This document shows positions 60,280 to 64,000 of a DNA stretch of 64,000 nt, piece after piece. The notes below the pieces were generated by a model. That model made no database searches. It was not told the origin of the DNA and saw only the letters and a program-made list of their open reading frames with translations. Location of the stretch: NCBI RefSeq assembly GCF_004010195.1, contig NC_057758.1, positions 6,625,082-6,689,081 on the forward strand, read 5' to 3'. Positions within the stretch are counted from its first letter, which is position 1. Each line of letters begins with the position of its first letter. The translations under genes were made by a program, and so were the position numbers. The DNA comes from Chiloscyllium plagiosum. Taxonomy: Eukaryota.

Positions 60280-63190
60280 CGTTACAGCATAGTGCAGGCC
60301 CTTAGATCTATGACGCACATCTGAAGCCCATTTAACCAACACTATACTATGTTAACACATATGTTTATCCAATGGCCATTTAAATGCCCTTAAAGTTGGC
60401 GAGTGTACTACTGTTGCAGACAGGACGTTCCACTCCCGTACTACGCTCTGAATAAAGAAACTACCACTGAGGTCTGTCCGATATCTATCACCCCTCAGTT
60501 TAAAGTTACCTCCCCTCGTGCTTGCCATCACCATCCGAGTAAAAGGGGTCTCACAATCCACCCTATCAAATCCTCAGATAATCTCAGATATATCTATTAA
60601 GTCACCTTGCAACTGTCTTCCTTCGAATGAAAACATCTTCAAGTCCCTCAGTCCTTGCTCATAAGACCCTCCCTCCATACGAAATAATACCCTGTTCCAA
60701 TGCTTCCACATCCTTCTTACAATGCAGCAAACAGAACTATACGCAATGCACCAAGAGCAGACGCACCCAGAGGTTTGTACAGCTGCAATATGATCTCACG
60801 TCTCCGAAACGCACTCCTGCACCAATGAGAGCGAACACACTGTACTTCTTCTTTACATCTTTACAATTGAGCGGAAACTTTCAGGGATCTGTGTACATCG
60901 ACGACGAAATTTCTCTGCTCATCGACTCTGCTAACAGTCTTACCATTAGACGAGTACTCTGTACTCCTGTTAATTCTTCCAAAGTGAATCACGTGACATT
61001 TCTTACTTTAAACTCAATTTGCCACCTCTCAGACCACCTCTGCAGCTTATCTATGGCCCTCTTTAATCTGGAATATCCTTTGGCACCATGTGCACCAAAA
61101 TTAGTGGCGTCCGCAAATTTACTCACTTATGCTTCTCCTGCCTCATCCAGATCATTTATTACAGTGGTCCAAAAATTGACGCTTGTGGTGAACCACCAAT
61201 AACAGAACTCCAGGAGGAACACTTCCCATCAACCGTCAAACTCTGCCTTCTCTCAGCAAGCCAATGTCTGATCCAAACCGCTAAATCACCCTCAATACGA
61301 TACCTCTGTATTTTCTGCAATAGCCGACAGTGGGGAACCTTATTAAACGTTTACTGAAGTCCATATACAGCTCATCGACCGGTTTACCCTTATCCACGTG
61401 TTTGGTCACCGTCGCAATGAACTCAATAATATTTAAGATGCATGACCTACCTTTTACAAAAACGTGTTGACTATCCATAATCAAATTGTTCCTTTCTAGA
61501 TGATTATAACGCTTATTTCATAAAATCATTTCCAACACTTCACACACAACTGAAATAAGGCTCAATGGTCTATAATTACCAAGGCTGTCCCTACTCTCCT
61601 TCTTGAACAATAGTACAACATTGCTATTCCCGTTTCCTGGCACTGTTTTGAAGACAATGACGACATAAAGCTCAAAGCCAAAAGTTCACGAATCTCCGGC
61701 ATACCATCTCAGGGAGACCTACAATTAGTCCCTTCCGGTCCAAGGGACATAACTATGTTTACCCTCTCCATAATTGATAACAACTCCTGTTTATGAACCT
61801 CAATCCCTTCTCGTTTATTAGCTTGTATATCCGTATTCTCTTCGACAACATTGTCTTCTGCCAGTGTACATACTGACCAACATTTGGCGCCTCCCCTATC
61901 TCGTCGGACTCCATACACAAATTCGGACTACTGTCATTGACTGGACTTAGTCATACTCTATTCGTTCTTTTATTCCTAACATACCTACAGAAAGCTTTAG
62001 GGTTCTCCTTCAACCTCCCTGCTAAATACTTCTCATGTCCTCTCCTGGCTTAGTACAGCTCTTGCTCAAACGCGCTGACTGAGCTTCGCGTCACATCCTC
62101 ATATAAGTCGCCTTCTTTCTCTTAACAAGAGAATTCGCTTCTTTTTTAAACTACGGTTCCCTTGCTCAACCACTTGTTCCTTGACTGCAGGGTCATATTT
62201 ATCAAGAACTTAAAGTACCTGTTCCATGAACATGGCTTCACATCTCAATTGTTAACATTGCCGATCTTATGCATCCTAAATCATGCCCAAAGACTTTCTA
62301 ATTGCCTTTTACCCACCTATAACTACTGCCCCGCTGTACATGCCAATCATTTTTTAGTCGCTGATGTAAATATAACCGAATTGCGATTACTTATACTAAA
62401 GTGCTCACCTACCTCGAAATCGAATACCTGGCCTGGTTCATTTTCCAGGAAGAAATCCAAGGTAGACTCGTCTCTTGTTGGTCTATCTGCACACTGAGTC
62501 AGGAAAACCTCCTGCACATGTAGGACAAAAACTGATCTTTCTGAAGTACTCAAACCACAGCGTTTCCATTCATTATTTGGAAAGTTAAAGCCCATAACAA
62601 CCACCTTGTTATATTTGCTCCAATGCAGAAGCATTTTTGCAATCCTATCCTTTACATCACTGTAACATTTCAGAGGCTGATAGAAAATTATCAACAGGGT
62701 GACCTGTTCTTTTCTGTTTCAACATCACCCACACTACTAAAGCAAACAAGTCCTCATCAAGAATCCTTTCTGCCACTGTAGTATTGTCTTTGATAAACAA
62801 TGCCACATGTCCCCCTCTATTATCAGCTTCCCCGTTATTACGTAAGCATCTAAACACCGAAACCTGTTACAAACATTTGTGTCCCTACTCCATCCATGTC
62901 TTTGAATGGCGACAACACCGAAGTCCCAGCTACCAAAACATGCTGCTCTTCACTCATCTTATTCTAGATGCTCCTGGTGTTGAAGTAGAGAAACTTCAAA
63001 CAACGTCCTGCCATTTAGTACACTCTTGCGATCTTGAACCTTATTTGTGACCACACGACGCTCAATCTCCTGTACTTGGAGCTGTAATTTAGTTTCCCAT
63101 CCCCTGATGAATTTGTGGAAATCCTCCAGAAGAGCTGTAGCAAAATTGCCCTCCAGGATATTGGAACCCCTCTGGTTCAGGTGTACAACA
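60280..63190 (-). mobile_element. Decayed CR1 LINE, near full-length ORF2 plus end of ORF1
   Basis: TRGGNFKLRGDRYRTDL; SQHVFVKGRSCILNIIEF...VDELYMDFSK; DRPTRDESTLDFFLENEPGQV; YKLDVVHLNQRGSNILEGNFA (esterase-like ORF1 end). Confidence 0.92.
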
Positions 63191-63589
63191 TCTAATTTAT
63201 AACGTCGATCATTTTTCGAACATTTGCGTGTGGAGAAACAGCGATGCCAGGTTATCTCCAACAAAGTAATGAGGTCATTAGATGTGAAAACACTGAAATG
63301 ACAGAGGTCGCATTCACATCTATAGCAGTTTGGAGACAGGCAGTGTGCCATATAGATCAGGGCAGAGCTGCAACTGTTGTGACTCGGAGGAGCTGGAAGT
63401 CCCCCAGTGTGTTGTAAAGATCAAGAGTCTATCACAGATCAAGTGAGAGATGCCATTAAGGTAACAGAAAGGGGTCACTCAATGTGCTCTATCGACCAGG
63501 GGGTGGCAGTCACTGTGGTAGCATGGAGGGTGAACGTTGACTCCATTAGGGCGTAACATCGAACTGGAGAGAGTTGTAAGACATGACCT

Positions 63590-63940
63590 TCCCTTCAGAA
63601 ATTAATGTTGATAAGCCCATTTTCTCCAAATAAGAATTTCTCCTGTCCCTCACTATCTTCTCCAGCAGCTTCGCTCCCACTGACGTCAGCCTCACAGGTC
63701 TGTAATTACCAGGATTATCCCTGATGCCCTACTTAACCAAGTGATAACATTAGCAATTCTCCAGTCCTCTGCGATCTTACCCAGTCCAAGGCTTGCTGCG
63801 AAGATATCTGTTAAAGCCCCAGCCAGTCTCTTTCTTGCTTCCCTCATTAAACATGGATAGATCCCATACAGTCCTGGGGACTAGTCCACCTTAATGCCTT
63901 TTCGAATACCCAACACTTCCTCCCTTCTTCTGCCGACTTT
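63590..63940 (-). mobile_element. CR1 RT fragment
   Basis: GGTCTGTAATTACCAGGATTATCC (DNPGNYRP on the minus strand). Confidence 0.85.
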
Positions 63941-64000
63941 GGGGCGGCACTGTGGCTCAGTGCTTTGCACTGCTGTCTCATAGTGCCAGAACCCGCGTTC
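63941..64000 (+). mobile_element. 5' end of an HE1-type SINE, cut by the window edge
   Basis: GGGGCGGCACTGTGGCTCAGTGCTTTGCACTGCTGTCTCATAGTGCCAGAACCCGCGTTC. Confidence 0.85.

Overview
Vertebrate nuclear DNA, almost certainly from a cartilaginous fish. This is inferred from tRNA-headed HE1-type SINEs with (TTAGA)n tails, abundant CR1/HER1-type LINEs, Penelope-like elements and two-exon GPR139-like receptor genes. No intact protein-coding gene was found, and most ORF-track entries are TE fragments, antisense frames or low-complexity artefacts. Main content: (1) many decayed CR1 LINEs, SINEs and Penelope-like elements, some carrying minimal hammerhead ribozyme motifs; (2) a spacer-less 1,088-bp palindrome at 2849-3936; (3) a ~9-kb tandem segmental duplication (~17190-26146 and 27655-36364, roughly 90% identical by eye), each unit holding tRNA-Asn, tRNA-Ser and tRNA-Glu pseudogenes, antisense exon-like blocks and a probable GPCR exon-1 relic; (4) a gamma-type retroviral env remnant between the two units; (5) two divergently oriented GPR139/142-like GPCR pseudogenes. 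Two N gaps (27155-27654, 34709-35120) limit interpretation. I see no evidence of a new functional system. The most unusual structure is the decayed tRNA-cluster/GPCR-exon repeat unit.
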